Assembly (NCBI GenBank): GCA_028715175.1
Contig: JAQUSJ010000001.1
Coordinates: 212,550-276,549 of the forward strand
Length of the DNA: 64,000 nt
Direction of reading: 5' to 3'
From: Candidatus Daviesbacteria bacterium
GTDB taxonomy: Bacteria; Patescibacteriota; Microgenomatia; Daviesbacterales; UBA10151
The notes under the pieces were generated by a model. The model had not been told where the DNA came from. It did not search any database and saw nothing but the letters and a program-made list of their open reading frames with translations. Made by a program: the position numbers and the translations under genes. This document shows, one piece after another, positions 62,882-64,000 of the stretch. Position 1 is the stretch's first letter. Every line of letters starts with the position of its first letter.

Positions 62882-64000
62882 ATGTTAAATTTCCTTGGAA
62901 AACTGCTAGATTCAAATGAGAGAGAAATAAAAAAATTTAAAGTTGTTGTTGATGCGATAAATGATCTTGAAAAAAGAGTATCAAAATTATCGGACAAGGA
63001 GCTTAAAGGTAGTTTTGCAAAATTTAGGTTAGAGCATAGAAACGGGAAAAGTTTAGATGAGCTGTTGCCGGAAGTATTCGCTTTCGTCCGTGAAGCCTCC
63101 AAAAGAACTATCAAGCAGCGCCATTTCGATGTTCAAATGATGGCTGCAATTACTTTGCATCAAGGTAAAGTAGCCGAACAGAAAACAGGTGAAGGAAAGA
63201 CGCTGTCGGCAACTCCGTCATTATTTTTAAATGCAATAGCCGGAAAAGGCGTGCATCTTGTGACTGTTAACGATTATCTGGCTCAGAGAGATTGCGGTTG
63301 GATGGGACCAATCTATTTTGCGCTTGGAGCAAGTTGCGCCACCATAATTCATGACGGCGCTTTTATTTATGATCCGAAATATAAAGATCTTGGCCACGGC
63401 GATAAACGATTACAACATCTCCGTCCGGTTACCAGGCAAGACGCTTACAATGCGGATATAACTTATGGAACGAATAATGAGTTTGGTTTTGATTACCTTA
63501 AAGACAATATGGTTTTTCGATTGGCGGATCAATCGCAACGCGGTCACTTCTTTGCAGTTGTTGATGAGGTGGACTCGATATTAATTGATGAAGCCAGAAC
63601 TCCGCTTATTATCTCTCAACCGGCACAGGAAGCAACGGAAAAATATTACGAGTTTGCCAAGATTATCGATACTCTTTCCCCGTCCGACTATGTCGTTGAC
63701 GAAAAGTTAAAGACAGCTAATCTTACAGAGCATGGAACTCTGAAAATAGAGAAGATGCTAAAAGTAGATAACCTCTATGAAAAGGATTTTTCTACTCTTC
63801 ATCATTTGGAAGAAGCTCTAAAGGCAAAAACTTTATTTCAGAAGGATAAAGATTATGTAGTGAAAGACGGGGAAGTAATTATTGTTGATGAATTTACTGG
63901 AAGACTTATGTTAGGACGAAGGTACTCGGAAGGGTTGCATCAGGCAATTGAAGCCAAGGAAGGCGTTTCAATTCAACAAGAGTCACAAACGCTGGCAACA
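62882..64000 (+). CDS. secA: preprotein translocase ATPase SecA (3' end cut by window edge)
   Basis: Hand translation MLNFLGKLL...[12 protein letters not shown]...[11 protein letters not shown]...[20 protein letters not shown] (Walker A, DEAD-like); absent from the ORF track because no stop falls in the window. Confidence 0.9.
   Translation, partial: MLNFLGKLLDSNEREIKKFKVVVDAINDLEKRVSKLSDKELKGSFAKFRLEHRNGKSLDELLPEVFAFVREASKRTIKQRHFDVQMMAAITLHQGKVAEQKTGEGKTLSATPSLFLNAIAGKGVHLVTVNDYLAQRDCGWMGPIYFALGASCATIIHDGAFIYDPKYKDLGHGDKRLQHLRPVTRQDAYNADITYGTNNEFGFDYLKDNMVFRLADQSQRGHFFAVVDEVDSILIDEARTPLIISQPAQEATEKYYEFAKIIDTLSPSDYVVDEKLKTANLTEHGTLKIEKMLKVDNLYEKDFSTLHHLEEALKAKTLFQKDKDYVVKDGEVIIVDEFTGRLMLGRRYSEGLHQAIEAKEGVSIQQESQTLAT

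Noticed and set aside
1-64000. CRISPR arrays, rRNA genes, integrase/recombinase genes
   Set aside because: No regularly spaced direct repeats, no rRNA-like sequence, and no tyrosine/serine recombinase motifs were seen. The only transposase-like gene is the HUH Y1 enzyme at 46191.

Overview
This 64 kb window is AT-rich (roughly 38-40% GC by eye) and densely coded. Most of it is housekeeping: secD (5' partial), secF, CCA enzyme, recJ, pheA, aspS, gltX, lysS, serS, lon, greA, nrdR plus class II nrdJ, cobO, H+-pyrophosphatase, ribEHAD, rpiB, rpe, a split transketolase, and secA (3' partial). It also carries several peptidoglycan enzymes (two S11 DD-carboxypeptidases, an L,D-transpeptidase, a VanX-like M15 dipeptidase), tRNA-Gln(CUG) and tRNA-Glu(CUC). 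The gene set (split transketolase, archaeal-type AspRS, H+-PPase, B12-dependent RNR, LPXTG substrate, many small unknown ORFs) suggests a Patescibacteria/CPR-like or similar reduced-genome bacterium; that is inference from gene content only. The accessory and unusual content is described in the findings: (1) a family of ~34-nt hairpin repeats (11-bp stems CACCTCGGAGG/CCTCCGAGGTG, 12-nt loop), with one copy in-frame inside aspS showing compensatory stem changes, one inside a 997-aa lipase-like surface protein gene, one in the ppiB promoter region, and a half copy before recJ; (2) an IS200/RAYT-type HUH Y1 transposase bounded by 42-bp direct repeats with REP-like hairpins, inserted between nrdJ and cobO; (3) a tRNA-Gln-associated island (13.3-18.3 kb) bracketed by two small GIY-YIG nuclease genes, containing two unknown proteins and hicBA; the first GIY-YIG gene's leader contains two degenerate copies of the tRNA-Gln 5' end; (4) a copper/thiol-redox locus (CsoR with operator, DUF1573 protein, Cys-cluster membrane protein, CcdA-like protein, Cys-rich 105-aa and 35-aa ORFs, two cupredoxin-like domains, CopA, CopZ); (5) a classic Phe-codon leader-peptide attenuator upstream of pheA; and terminator/antiterminator leaders at greA and ribE. 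No rRNA and no CRISPR array were seen.
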